From the IMG/VR virus record IMGVR_UViG_3300027815_000245, positions 1-42,775 of that record: a DNA stretch of 42,775 bases; one strand, written 5' to 3'. Positions within the stretch are counted from its first letter, which is position 1. Every line of letters starts with the position of its first letter. Positions 24,250-33,176 of this stretch are shown one piece after another. Under the pieces are notes generated by a model. The model was not told the origin of the DNA and did no database searches. It saw only the letters and a list, made by a program, of their open reading frames with translations. The position numbers were made by a program, and so were the translations under genes. The DNA is from a virus. Lineage: Duplodnaviria; Caudoviricetes.

Positions 24250-25764
24250 TCAGGCTGCCGCCGGCTCTCCGCCACCACGTCCGGCCGCAACGCCGGCGCC
24301 GCCCGCAACGCCGGCGCCGCCCACAGCGCCGGGCGCGGTGTCTTCAGGTGGCGTGGTGAACACGTCGCTCTCCGCGTCCTTTTTCGCCTCTTCCTCCGCC
24401 GCGGCCAGCTCCGCGTCGGCGTCGATCTCCACGCCGATCGCACCGGCGAGCGTATTGATGAGCATCAGCGCGGTGCGCCGCGTCAGGAGCTTGAGGCTGA
24501 TCGCTATACCGCAGGCGGCAATCACCTGCTGCAGCGCCGTCGCGTACTTCGCCACATCGCGCGCAGCCAGTTCGGGGAATTGCGCCTCGATCTTCCACTT
24601 CTCGTCGGACCAGTCGACGACGCTTTGCTGTCCCGCCGCCTTGGCCGACTGCCACAACACATAGCGGCCGATCGACTCCAGCATGTGCTTGAGCACCTTC
24701 TGGCGCATGGTGAACATCTTGAACGTCGGCTCGTTCATCTCCGCCGCCGTGGAGCGGTTGACATCACCGCCGCCGCCGAACCAGGTCTCGGGGAACGTGG
24801 CGCCACCGAGCACGTGGTTGCGCAGCAGCCGCGCGCCCTCGGCGGTGTCGGCGGCCTGCAGGGAGGGCGACACCGCTTCCCACTTCTCTTCGGCGTTGTG
24901 TACGCGCACGCTGCCCGGCTTCGGCGCGACGATCTCCTTGGCGCGTTTCTTCACCTCGTCGGGCGTGGCGCCGGTGAGCGTGACATCCCAGACAAACGCG
25001 CGCAGGAACGCGGCGCGGTCCATCTCGCCGAACAGGAATTGATCGTACGAGTCGAGCCAGTCCGCCTGCGACAGCACGTCCGAGCGGCCGCGCGTGCCCG
25101 ATGACAAATCGTTCACCCGGAAAAAGAACGCCTCCCCGTCCGCGAACGTCTCCCGGATGCTCTGCGTGCGCTGCGTGAACACGTCCTCCTCGCCGTTGAT
25201 GATCACGCGGTAGCGGCGCGCCTCGCCCTTGCGGTCCTTCACGGTAACGATGCCGATCGGCTGCTCGCCATTGTCCGGGTCCGTCACCACCGTTTCGATC
25301 AAGGCCGGGTCGAGATACCCCAGGCGCACGTGACCGCTTTGTGCGTTGACGAAGGCGAGATATACCTGCTCGCCGAAGAGCGCCAGTTCGCGCACCTTTT
25401 TCGGCAGCTTCATGTCCATCTCGTTGATCGGGTCTCTCCAGAACCGATCGAGCACCTTCTGGTTGTCTTCGTCATCGACCTTCAGCTTCACGCCCTCGGC
25501 GAGCAGGTAGGCGACCGGCAGTTCGATCAGCCGGTTGGCCAGCAGGTTCGATTCCCACAGGAAGTGCGCCACCTTCTGCATGCGCGCCTGCGTGAGGTGC
25601 GGCAGATCGCGCTGCGCGTTCGAGGTGAGTCGGCGCCATTGATCCTCGTCGGCGTCGATGGTTTGGCCGTACGACTCGCGAAACGCCGCCTCACCCACCG
25701 GCTGCGCCGGCTCGGGCAGGGCGCGAGCGATCATGCCTTTTAACCAGGTCTTTAACGCTGCCAT
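24250..25764 (-). CDS. Portal protein
   Basis: 504 aa, between TerL and F; RELALFGE, GRSD, WFGGGGDVNRSTA. Confidence 0.8.
   Translation of the reverse strand: MAALKTWLKGMIARALPEPAQPVGEAAFRESYGQTIDADEDQWRRLTSNAQRDLPHLTQARMQKVAHFLWESNLLANRLIELPVAYLLAEGVKLKVDDEDNQKVLDRFWRDPINEMDMKLPKKVRELALFGEQVYLAFVNAQSGHVRLGYLDPALIETVVTDPDNGEQPIGIVTVKDRKGEARRYRVIINGEEDVFTQRTQSIRETFADGEAFFFRVNDLSSGTRGRSDVLSQADWLDSYDQFLFGEMDRAAFLRAFVWDVTLTGATPDEVKKRAKEIVAPKPGSVRVHNAEEKWEAVSPSLQAADTAEGARLLRNHVLGGATFPETWFGGGGDVNRSTAAEMNEPTFKMFTMRQKVLKHMLESIGRYVLWQSAKAAGQQSVVDWSDEKWKIEAQFPELAARDVAKYATALQQVIAACGIAISLKLLTRRTALMLINTLAGAIGVEIDADAELAAAEEEAKKDAESDVFTTPPEDTAPGAVGGAGVAGGAGVAAGRGGGEPAAA
24285..24320. repeat. 18-bp tandem repeat x2 in the portal C-terminus (GAGVAG)
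   Basis: CCGCAACGCCGGCGCCGC twice, plus a degenerate third copy. Confidence 0.85.
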
Positions 25765-27372
25765 CTAGGCCGCCTTTCTGAACATCGTGACGCGCCGCCG
25801 GCCGGACATGCTGTCCGGTGTGAAGTGATCGCGATCGGGATCGATGCTCTCGCCGGCCGGCGGCTGGCCCTCCTGCCGCGTCGCCGCCCAGGCCATCACC
25901 CGACCGATCACGCCGTCGCCGTGGCGCTGCTCACCGTCTGAGCCCTTGTCGCGGCCATCGTCCATCGTCGGATAACCGTTCTTCAGGATCACGCGCCGGT
26001 GATCGGCGATCACGTCTTCCCCTTTGGCGATCTCGAGCGACTGATTTTCCAAAGCGGCTTTGTAGGAGGGAAAGTTGGCCGCGTACCAGCTCGGCGTGGC
26101 CATCACGCATTCCACGCGCGATGGGCCTTTTAACTGCAGCGCTTTCTCCGCCAGTTCCTGGCCGTTGCCGCGCGCGTCGAACTTGGCGTGGTGAAAGAGC
26201 GGCAACTCCTCGAGCAGATAGCGCACCACCAGCCACTGCACGTCAAAGGGAATGCGCCGCATCTCGATATCGAAGCGCTCGCGCCAGCGGCCGGCGCCCT
26301 GATCCTGCAGCACCGGGATATACGACAGGTCACCCGAGCGGCCGAAGTCCAGGCCGAACACGCTGCGCTGATCAGCGGCCATGCCATCGATCGCCGGCTT
26401 GAGCACGTCCTTGATCCAGACGTCGGCTTCGGCCAGGCGCCGGTCATCGAGCGTCCACTCCGGTTGCTTTTTGAGCCGCAGCACCGCGATGCCATCGCGC
26501 TGGCAGCGCTCGACGATGGTGCGCGGGATGTACACACCCGATCCCATACTCGGGATGCAGTCCAGTTCCTCGGCCGCGCCCTCGCCGTATTGCGCGCGGA
26601 TTTTCGCCTCCCATGCCTCGCGCGTCGGCTCCTTCAGGCGCGCGCCCATCACCAGCTTCACCCGCTCATAGAGCCCGGCGGCGAGCGCGTCGGCAAACGT
26701 GGTGCGATGCAGCGAGTAGGGCAGCTTGCCGGCGCGGATATCCTTCACCAAGAGGTTGAACGGGTTGTCCTCGCCGTTGTGGGAACTCAAGATGCGCACC
26801 CGCCCGCCCCAGATCAGCATCGCCATCGCCGCCTTGATCAGGCCGGCGACATCATCATGGAACGCCGCCTCGTCGATGGTGACCTTGCCCTGCTTGCCGC
26901 GAATCGAGCGCGGGCGCGAGCTGAGCGCGAGGATTTTCGAACCCGATGCGAAATCGATACGGAATGCCTTGATCTGGCGGATCTCGCCGTGCCGGTCGGT
27001 GTCGTCGAACATGACTTCGTGCATGGCGCCGGCGGCGCGGTTGAAGGCGCGCGACCACATGCCGCAATCGTCGATGTACTCCCGCGCCATGTCCTCCGAG
27101 TAGCCGATGTACAGCGCGTCCATGCCCGCGGCCGCGGCGGCGGTGAGCACCGAGTCCGAGGCATCGCACCACGATGCGCCGATGCGGCGCGACTTTTCCC
27201 ACACCGCCACGTCGGCCTGATCCGCCGCCCAGGCTTGCTGATAGCTGAGCAGAACTGCGGGCGCCGGCGTTCCGGCCACGGCGGCGTGCACGGCGCCGGG
27301 TTGCTGCTGAAAAGCCGGCGCCGGCTTCGGGCCGGCGCGCTGCTTGACGGGAGTTGCCCGTTTTGCCATCAC
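25765..27372 (-). CDS. Terminase large subunit (Mu gp28-like)
   Basis: LLSYQQAW, EKSRRIGASW, IDEAAFH, GLDFGRSGD, RHGD. Confidence 0.92.
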   Translation of the reverse strand: MMAKRATPVKQRAGPKPAPAFQQQPGAVHAAVAGTPAPAVLLSYQQAWAADQADVAVWEKSRRIGASWCDASDSVLTAAAAAGMDALYIGYSEDMAREYIDDCGMWSRAFNRAAGAMHEVMFDDTDRHGEIRQIKAFRIDFASGSKILALSSRPRSIRGKQGKVTIDEAAFHDDVAGLIKAAMAMLIWGGRVRILSSHNGEDNPFNLLVKDIRAGKLPYSLHRTTFADALAAGLYERVKLVMGARLKEPTREAWEAKIRAQYGEGAAEELDCIPSMGSGVYIPRTIVERCQRDGIAVLRLKKQPEWTLDDRRLAEADVWIKDVLKPAIDGMAADQRSVFGLDFGRSGDLSYIPVLQDQGAGRWRERFDIEMRRIPFDVQWLVVRYLLEELPLFHHAKFDARGNGQELAEKALQLKGPSRVECVMATPSWYAANFPSYKAALENQSLEIAKGEDVIADHRRVILKNGYPTMDDGRDKGSDGEQRHGDGVIGRVMAWAATRQEGQPPAGESIDPDRDHFTPDSMSGRRRVTMFRKAA

Positions 27373-27911
27373 GGCCCCGCGATGCCCAGGATCTCGCGCC
27401 GTATCGAGTCGATGCCCTCCTGGGACAGCCCGCCCCGCGTCGCGATCTTCGCCACCCGGTCGGCGGCGGCCTGCGCCTTGGCGCGCACCTCCAGCTCGTG
27501 GCGCTTCTGCGCGATCGAGGCGCGCGTCAGCGTGGCGATGTTCTTCGCCGCGGCGCTGAGCAGCTTCACCCGCTCGGCCGGGTCGGCGTCCTCGGCCTCC
27601 TGCAGTTGCAGGATGGTGTCGAACACTTCGGTCTGCACCAGGCTGATCACCGCCGCGGAGCGCAGGTCAGCGTCATCGGGGGCCGCCGCGGCGATCGCCG
27701 CGGCCGCATGGGTGCTCGCCTTGATCGCCGCCAGGCGCCGCTCCAGCGCCGCGCCGTAGCGATGGATGGAAGATTTGCCGATGTCGTAGCCGCGCCCCTT
27801 CAACTCCGCCTGCAACGCCTCGTAGCCGGAGAAATTGCCCTGAGCGAGCGCCTCGTCCAGCCAGGCCCGAACCGCGGCCGGCAGCGTGCTCACCTTGCTG
27901 CGCTTAGCCAT
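27369..27911 (-). CDS. Terminase small subunit (Mu gp27/DUF3486-like)
   Basis: MAKRSKVSTLP...IGKSSIHRYG...IRREILGI. Confidence 0.85.
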   Translation of the reverse strand: MAKRSKVSTLPAAVRAWLDEALAQGNFSGYEALQAELKGRGYDIGKSSIHRYGAALERRLAAIKASTHAAAAIAAAAPDDADLRSAAVISLVQTEVFDTILQLQEAEDADPAERVKLLSAAAKNIATLTRASIAQKRHELEVRAKAQAAADRVAKIATRGGLSQEGIDSIRREILGIAGP

Positions 27912-28125
27912 CAGCCAGCCAATGCCACAGCGCGGGCAGGTATCCGCCGCTGTACAGCATGAACCAGCCGTTGAAGGGCAGGCTGTACACGAGCCACTCC
28001 CACAGGGGATTCGCCCACATCGCGTTGCAGTCGCCGGGGCGATCGCCGCCGGCCGTGCACAGCATCACCGGCAGACCGTAATAGATCGCCTTGCTCGACG
28101 CACCGCCGCACGTTGGACATTTCAA
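27904..28125 (-). CDS. 73-aa Cys/Trp-rich protein inserted in the packaging cluster
   Basis: TTG start overlapping the upstream TGA; MKCPTCGG...LC...DC..WANPLWEWL...LWHWL. Confidence 0.55.
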   Translation of the reverse strand: MKCPTCGGASSKAIYYGLPVMLCTAGGDRPGDCNAMWANPLWEWLVYSLPFNGWFMLYSGGYLPALWHWLADG

Positions 28126-28433
28126 GACGCCCAGTACTTCTTCGGCCGCGCGATGCCCGGGTCGCATTCGACGGTGTACTCCAGCACGTCGATGCCGGCG
28201 CGCGTCAGGCGGGCGGTCCAGGGCGCGCCCTCCAGGCGCGTCAGCTCGAGCAGCGCGCGATCGGCCAGGTAATCCATCTCGCGGCGCAGCTCGAGGGCCG
28301 TGCATTGGATCGGCACCCCCTGGATGGCGCCGAGAATGAGCGGCTCGGCCACCGGGTACGGCCGGCCGTGGTTGAGGGCGTCCAGAATGACCCAGCGGAT
28401 TTGCTCGCGCCGCGCGCGTTCCATGTCCATCAC
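28122..28433 (-). CDS. Mu gp26-like winged-helix protein
   Basis: RREQIRWVIL...LRREMDYL..R.L...ARLTRAGIDV...PGIARP. Confidence 0.8.
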   Translation of the reverse strand: MMDMERARREQIRWVILDALNHGRPYPVAEPLILGAIQGVPIQCTALELRREMDYLADRALLELTRLEGAPWTARLTRAGIDVLEYTVECDPGIARPKKYWAS

Positions 28434-28786
28434 GTCCGTTCCTTTCGATCCCGATCCAGCACCTGATCGATTTTCAGATTAAGCGCGTCCAGCTTCGCGT
28501 TGACGATCGTCGTCTCGCGGATCTGATCGTCGCGGCGCACGTAGTTGAGCGGCAGGTCGCGCTGTAGCAGCAGCATGTCCCGCTCCAGCCGCCGCTGGCT
28601 CGCATCGAGTGACTCGAAGCGCTTGTCCCAATCGGACTTTGCCGCGACGCGGCTGGCCTCCTGGTTGCTGAAGCGCTCATCCAGGCGCTGCTCGAACTGC
28701 CGCATGCCCACGCTCATCACCGCCCAGAAGCCGGCGACGAGCGCCGCCACCGCGCCAAACAACGTCAGCCATTCGCCTGTGCTCAT
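28430..28786 (-). CDS. Mu gp25-like membrane-anchored coiled-coil protein
   Basis: N-terminal TM segment; LPLNYVRRDD motif; ATGA coupling. Confidence 0.7.
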   Translation of the reverse strand: MSTGEWLTLFGAVAALVAGFWAVMSVGMRQFEQRLDERFSNQEASRVAAKSDWDKRFESLDASQRRLERDMLLLQRDLPLNYVRRDDQIRETTIVNAKLDALNLKIDQVLDRDRKERT

Positions 28787-29001
28787 CGTCTTTGTTCTTT
28801 TTCCAGCCGTAGCTGGCACGCCATACAAAGCCGAACGCCGGGGATCGCCCGACGCCGCTCCTCGGGGATGCGATCCCCGCAGCCCAATCCCAAGCACCAC
28901 TTCAAGGACTCGCCCGCCGGGCGCTTATCCGCCTGACGCCGGAGGGCTTCCATGCGAAACAACTCTTCCTCCTCGGAGGCCTGGTCGGCCGCGTCACTCA
29001 C
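28783..29001 (-). CDS. TraR/DksA C4 zinc-finger protein
   Basis: DAADQAS...C...CGDRIPEERRRAIPGVRLCMACQ. Confidence 0.9.
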   Translation of the reverse strand: MSDAADQASEEEELFRMEALRRQADKRPAGESLKWCLGLGCGDRIPEERRRAIPGVRLCMACQLRLEKEQRR

Positions 29002-29564
29002 CGCTTGCCAAGCGCCTTGGCGAGCGATCCGAAAATGCCCGGCTGCGCCATCCCCGCGGCCGCCTGCTTGTCTTCGCTGCGCTTCACGATCGCCACGCCG
29101 AGGATCGTCAGCGCCACCGACCAGATAGCCGTGGTGGAGGCAAGGGCGTTGATCACCGCGACCGCCTCGCCCGGCTTCATGACAATGACGATCGTCACGG
29201 CCATCATCTGCATGAACCAGGCGATCGAAACCAGATACCCCATCGTCGGCCGCCAGCGCTTGGTATAGGTGTCATCCGACGAATACTCGGCGCGCATCGT
29301 TGCGTTGATCGCCTCCAACTGGCGCGTTTCTGCTTCGAGCTGCGCGATCACGACCTCGTTCATCGCCTTCTGGTACTGAATGACCAGATCGGGGTTCGCC
29401 TGTAGCGCGTCGATTTGTCCTTCGAGTGTGTCTTTGCCGGTAATGACCGCCGCCGCCTGGACCGCTTTGTCCGCGACCTCGGCCGCGTCGTCCTTCCCGG
29501 CCCAGCGCAGCAGCCCCGGCACGAATTGCGACAATGCATAGATGACGTTGACGATCGGGAGCAT
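28998..29564 (-). CDS. Holin (3TM/GTA-type)
   Basis: INATMRAE...WRPTMGY, TM segments, LGV...KRS.DK. Confidence 0.8.
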   Translation of the reverse strand: MLPIVNVIYALSQFVPGLLRWAGKDDAAEVADKAVQAAAVITGKDTLEGQIDALQANPDLVIQYQKAMNEVVIAQLEAETRQLEAINATMRAEYSSDDTYTKRWRPTMGYLVSIAWFMQMMAVTIVIVMKPGEAVAVINALASTTAIWSVALTILGVAIVKRSEDKQAAAGMAQPGIFGSLAKALGKR

Positions 29565-29782
29565 TACCTGCACCCCCGGCCGGCCAGTTTTTGCAGCCGC
29601 TCGATCTCGGCCTTTTGCGCCGCGATGAGTTCGGCAACGCGCGCAAGGTCGGCCGCCGGCACGAGGTAATACGCCTCCGCCTCTTCCGCCGCCGCGGTGG
29701 CCGGTGGCGCGGCGCGCGGCACGGCCGCGCCGGGCGAGACGACGAAAAGCATCAGCACCAGCAATACGGCCGCGCGCTTCAT
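29564..29782 (-). CDS. 72-aa membrane-anchored/secreted coiled-coil protein, possibly spanin-like
   Basis: MKRAAVLLVLMLFVVSPG...QKAEIERLQK; lies between endolysin and holin with coupled overlaps. Confidence 0.55.
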   Translation of the reverse strand: MKRAAVLLVLMLFVVSPGAAVPRAAPPATAAAEEAEAYYLVPAADLARVAELIAAQKAEIERLQKLAGRGCR

Positions 29783-30336
29783 GCAGTACTCCCTTGAGCA
29801 GGTTGGAACACGTGGAGCGGATCGCTCGCCATGTCGCGCGCGAGCCAGGCGGCCACGTCGAAACCGGGGCAAGTCTTCAGCCACTCTTGCGGCTCGATGA
29901 TGCCGTCGCCGTCCACGTCCGGCGACAGATCCCGATGGCCGGCCACGCGCGCGGCCGGATACTTTTTCTGCAGCGCCAGGACCGTCGCCTTCAGACCCTC
30001 CCATTGCGCGGGAAGGAAGCGATCGGTGCCAATCATGCAGACGCCGATTGACTGGCGGTTGTGGCCGTAGCAGTGCGCGCCGATCTCGTTGACGTGACGG
30101 CCGGTAGCGGTCGTACCGCTCACGTAGATGACGAAGTGATAGCCGATGGCGTCGAGCGACGGGTTGAATCGCGATCGCCATTCCGGCGCGCGATGAAAAC
30201 CGCGTGCCCGGTGCCAGTTGTTGATCACCTGGAGCGGTGTCTGCAGCGTGTTGCCGGTGAGCCGGCCGCTGAACAGCGATTCGCCGTCTTTGGAGGCCGA
30301 ACAGTGGATGACGATCAGTGAGATTTCGCGGGCCAT
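29779..30336 (-). CDS. Endolysin, N-acetylmuramoyl-L-alanine amidase (T7-lysozyme-like)
   Basis: IVIHCSA, IGYHFVI, GAHCYGHN, SIGVC, GHRDLSPD, KTCPGFDV. Confidence 0.93.
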   Translation of the reverse strand: MAREISLIVIHCSASKDGESLFSGRLTGNTLQTPLQVINNWHRARGFHRAPEWRSRFNPSLDAIGYHFVIYVSGTTATGRHVNEIGAHCYGHNRQSIGVCMIGTDRFLPAQWEGLKATVLALQKKYPAARVAGHRDLSPDVDGDGIIEPQEWLKTCPGFDVAAWLARDMASDPLHVFQPAQGSTA

Positions 30337-30346
30337 GACCCGCGAG

Positions 30347-30394
30347 ACTGTGAGGGAATTACCGGGCGGGGTTAATGGTGACCGATGTCACCGT
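30347..30394 (-). promoter_or_regulatory. Late promoter (lysis/packaging operon) with Mor/C-type activator dyad
   Basis: TTAATGGTGAC-CGAT-GTCACCGT at 30372-30394; -10-like CACAGT 19 bp away. Confidence 0.7.
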
Positions 30395-30441
30395 GTTTCC
30401 CGTGAAACGCGAGCCGACAATACGACGGCCACAGGCAGCGG

Positions 30442-30858
30442 TCAATCGGCTATTTTGCCGAACAGGTCGCCCTGCAATTGTGGCGGCACGTCGGCCGCAG
30501 CGACGCGGAACACCTGGCGCCGCGTCAGGCCGTACTTCCTCGCCACCGCCGAGGCCGACGCCTCGCTGTAGTCGCGCCGCAGGGCGAGGTTGCGGATCTC
30601 GCGCAGGTAGCGCGTGGCGCGCGGCACATGCAATAACTCATAGGGCCTGGCCCGGGCGAGCCGGCGCGCGGCATCGAGCCCGAGCAGCCGCGCCAGCGGA
30701 TGGTCGATTTTGATCCGCTCGGCATCCTTCGGCAGATAGATCGGGATGCCGCCAAAGCGCTCCACCAGTGCCAGCGTCGCCTCAAAGCCGATCGCCTCGA
30801 CGATCTCCGCCAGGCTGTCGGGCAGCAGCGCCTTCAGTAGCTTTTCGCCCGCGGTCAT
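30442..30858 (-). CDS. mor: Mor/C-family transcription activator
   Basis: LPDSLAEIVEAIG...LVERFGG.PIYLP...RN...VARKYGLTRRQV. Confidence 0.88.
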   Translation of the reverse strand: MTAGEKLLKALLPDSLAEIVEAIGFEATLALVERFGGIPIYLPKDAERIKIDHPLARLLGLDAARRLARARPYELLHVPRATRYLREIRNLALRRDYSEASASAVARKYGLTRRQVFRVAAADVPPQLQGDLFGKIAD

Positions 30859-31142
30859 CAGTGCCTCGCGGCCTCTTTCCCGGCCTGCCAGCGCCGATAC
30901 GCCTGCTGGTGGGCCGGGCACAGATGTTTGTCGGGTGCGACCTCCTGCGCGTGGTCCGCGCATAGCCAGACGGAGCAGGTCTTGCCACCACCTGTCTTCC
31001 AATCGCACCGACAGGCGGGAAACATCCCGCACCAATCACCCCGAGGGCGCTTCGCTTGACACCCGTGCGGTGCACTGCGATTCGCCGCGCTCCCGAAATG
31101 CAGATGCATCGGCAAGCCGTTTGGGCCGCGGTACCAGGGCAT
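30858..31142 (-). CDS. Cys/His-rich zinc-binding hypothetical protein
   Basis: CRCDW..TC..LCADHA...HLCPAH. Confidence 0.7.
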   Translation of the reverse strand: MPWYRGPNGLPMHLHFGSAANRSAPHGCQAKRPRGDWCGMFPACRCDWKTGGGKTCSVWLCADHAQEVAPDKHLCPAHQQAYRRWQAGKEAARH

Positions 31143-31312
31143 CAGTCGCGATCCTCATCGAATGAAGCGTGCGGCCAGAACACGCTGTCGTTGGCCGCGT
31201 AGCGGTGGCCCTCGCCATCGCAGTGATCGCACGGCACGTACCTGCCGATCAGCATGTGAAACAGCCGGCCGTCACCACGGCAGCGAGGGCAGCACCTCAG
31301 ATCACGATCCAT
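31142..31312 (-). CDS. 56-aa protein with two DnaJ-type CxxCxGxG motifs (absent from the ORF track)
   Basis: MDRDLRCCPRCRGDG...VPCDHCDGEG...; its TGA overlaps the next ATG. Confidence 0.65.
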   Translation of the reverse strand: MDRDLRCCPRCRGDGRLFHMLIGRYVPCDHCDGEGHRYAANDSVFWPHASFDEDRD

Positions 31313-31327
31313 TTTCGGGGGGCCTTC

Positions 31328-31525
31328 TCAAACGCCCTTGATCAACCGCGGCCCGCCCCGCTGTGCGGCAGCCGCGGCCGGCCCCTCGAAAATAACGCGG
31401 AGCGTCTCCTCCTCGTGCCAGCCGGGAAGGTATAGGCAGTGCGCGCACAGCGGCGGCTCCGGCGGCTGGTCCGGGATGACGGCGACGACATGCCGGCCGC
31501 ACTCGCAGCAGTCGAACTCGATCAT
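31328..31525 (-). CDS. Small zinc-finger hypothetical protein
   Basis: CCECG...LCAHC. Confidence 0.6.
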   Translation of the reverse strand: MIEFDCCECGRHVVAVIPDQPPEPPLCAHCLYLPGWHEEETLRVIFEGPAAAAAQRGGPRLIKGV

Positions 31526-31536
31526 CGCCGCCCGCC

Positions 31537-31800
31537 CTACTTGATGCGGTGAACGGTGCGACCGCCGGCGGCAGGCCCGCCCTTGCCGGGGAGGGCGGGC
31601 ACTTCATCAGGCACGAAGCCCGATCCCTTGCCGCCGGTGGCCTTGATGAAATCCACCTCGACCTTGGCCGAGTCGATGATCTTGCCGGCGACCTCGGCGA
31701 CCGCCCTGGCGCGCGCGATGTCCATCGGCTGATCCTTGTCGCGCAGATCCTCAAGCGTCGCGAACAGGTGATTGCGCAGATCCTCGATCTTGTTTTTCAC
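31537..31800 (-). CDS. Conserved helical phage protein typically following this HNH family
   Basis: KNKIEDLRNHLFATLEDL...ARARAVAEVA..IIDSAKVEVDF; GGAG RBS. Confidence 0.75.
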   Translation of the reverse strand: MKNKIEDLRNHLFATLEDLRDKDQPMDIARARAVAEVAGKIIDSAKVEVDFIKATGGKGSGFVPDEVPALPGKGGPAAGGRTVHRIK

Positions 31801-32431
31801 GAATTCTCCGTTTCAGTTGGCCGAGCAGTTGGATCGCGTTCACGATCGGCTTCGGCAGGTGGTGGATGGTGTTGCGCCGCATGTTGTCGGCGCGGGAGAC
31901 GAGTTCGAGGTTATCGAGCCCGATGTTGAGGTGATCGCCGTCTTTGAAGCGCAGGCAGAATCCCTTCGGCAGCGGACCATGCGCGTCTTCCCAGAGGATA
32001 AGGTGGAAGGCGCGCCAGGCGCGCAAGCCCTCCTTGATCTTCATGTCGACATAGCCGTAGCTGTTCAGGCGCAGCGTGCCAACCAGGTAATCCTCCGGCC
32101 GCCAGCGCCGGGAGACATTGCCCTTTTTGAATTGCGTCTCGCGCGCTCGGCCGCCGGGCTGCCAGCCTTTGGCGCCCTTGTTGAATGGCACGTGCCCCGG
32201 GGGAAAGCGGCCAACGCGGCAGCGCGGATCCTTCTGGCGCTTGCGGCCCTGCTCGACCATGAACTCTAAGTCCTTGCGCATGCCGTAGCGATGTGCCGCG
32301 TTGTAGATGCTTCCGACCGGCCGCTTGAAGCGGCGGGCGAGGTCCGCGGCGGCGGTGCGCGGGTAGAGCTGATGCAGCAGCGTGACCTCGTCGTAGGAGA
32401 AGGGGCGCCGGCGGCGAGGAGGCTTGCTCAT
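31751..32431 (-). CDS. HNH endonuclease-family protein
   Basis: FPPGHVPFNKG, TQFKKG, HLILWEDAHGPLP...FKDGDHLNIGLDNLELVSRADNMRRN. Confidence 0.8.
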   Translation of the reverse strand: MSKPPRRRRPFSYDEVTLLHQLYPRTAAADLARRFKRPVGSIYNAAHRYGMRKDLEFMVEQGRKRQKDPRCRVGRFPPGHVPFNKGAKGWQPGGRARETQFKKGNVSRRWRPEDYLVGTLRLNSYGYVDMKIKEGLRAWRAFHLILWEDAHGPLPKGFCLRFKDGDHLNIGLDNLELVSRADNMRRNTIHHLPKPIVNAIQLLGQLKRRIREKQDRGSAQSPVRDA

Positions 32432-32892
32432 GGGGCGCTCGCTTTGGCCGCACGCCGGCGCTGGTCGTACACCAGCGCGCTGACGATCCGGTGCAACTGA
32501 TTCGATGCGCAAAACTCGATGCGCTCGACGCCGAACATCTGCTTGGCGATGCCATCGACATACGCCTTCTCCCTTCCCGCTTCCTTCAGGATCATCGCGG
32601 CTTTGCGCAGCAGCGGCTGGCGGTCTGCCGCGGCGTTGTTCACCCACGCCCAGGTCGATCTGGTATCGGGCGCTCCTTTTTTTGTGCTTTGCTTGGCCAC
32701 AAAACCGCGCGACTTCAGATGATCGAGCACCGCCTTGCGCCCCTGATCGCCCAGATCGGCGGCCGAGTTAACGCGGCCAATAGTGCGCAACATGGCGCGG
32801 TAGGTTTCCTCGTCCAGGCCGAGCTGCGCCTTGGCGATGTGGATTTGCGCCAGCTCGCGCCGGCGCTTGTCGGGAGCGGCCATCGCGCTCAT
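32428..32892 (-). CDS. gemA: Mu GemA (gp16/DUF1018)
   Basis: RRRELAQIHIAKAQLGLDEETYRAML...SAADL...VLDHLKSRGF. Confidence 0.88.
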   Translation of the reverse strand: MSAMAAPDKRRRELAQIHIAKAQLGLDEETYRAMLRTIGRVNSAADLGDQGRKAVLDHLKSRGFVAKQSTKKGAPDTRSTWAWVNNAAADRQPLLRKAAMILKEAGREKAYVDGIAKQMFGVERIEFCASNQLHRIVSALVYDQRRRAAKASAP

Positions 32893-33176
32893 AGCGTGGG
32901 CAGCTCGACGCGGGCGAGGCCGCGCGGGCGGCGCGCCTTCCTCGGCGCCGGCGCGACCGCAACGGCTGGCCGGACGGGCGCGTGACGGCGCAGCCGGTTG
33001 CATACCTGCAGGACGGCCGCATCCTGCCCGCCGCGGCCAAAGGCGACGTTCTCCAGGCTCTCGGCCCGGTAGGCTTCGCTCACCAGTAGCGTGGCGAGGA
33101 AGCGCGGCCCGAGGCCCTGCAGCTCGCGCGTGAGATCGCAGAGCATCTGCACTCGCTGGGCGCGGCCGTCGCTCAT
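32889..33176 (-). CDS. Hypothetical early protein
   Basis: ATGA-coupled chain. Confidence 0.55.
   Translation of the reverse strand: MSDGRAQRVQMLCDLTRELQGLGPRFLATLLVSEAYRAESLENVAFGRGGQDAAVLQVCNRLRRHAPVRPAVAVAPAPRKARRPRGLARVELPTL

Noticed and set aside
31751-32431. HNH gene as an intron/intein-associated homing element
   Set aside because: Free-standing, coupled ORF with its usual downstream partner; no interrupted host gene
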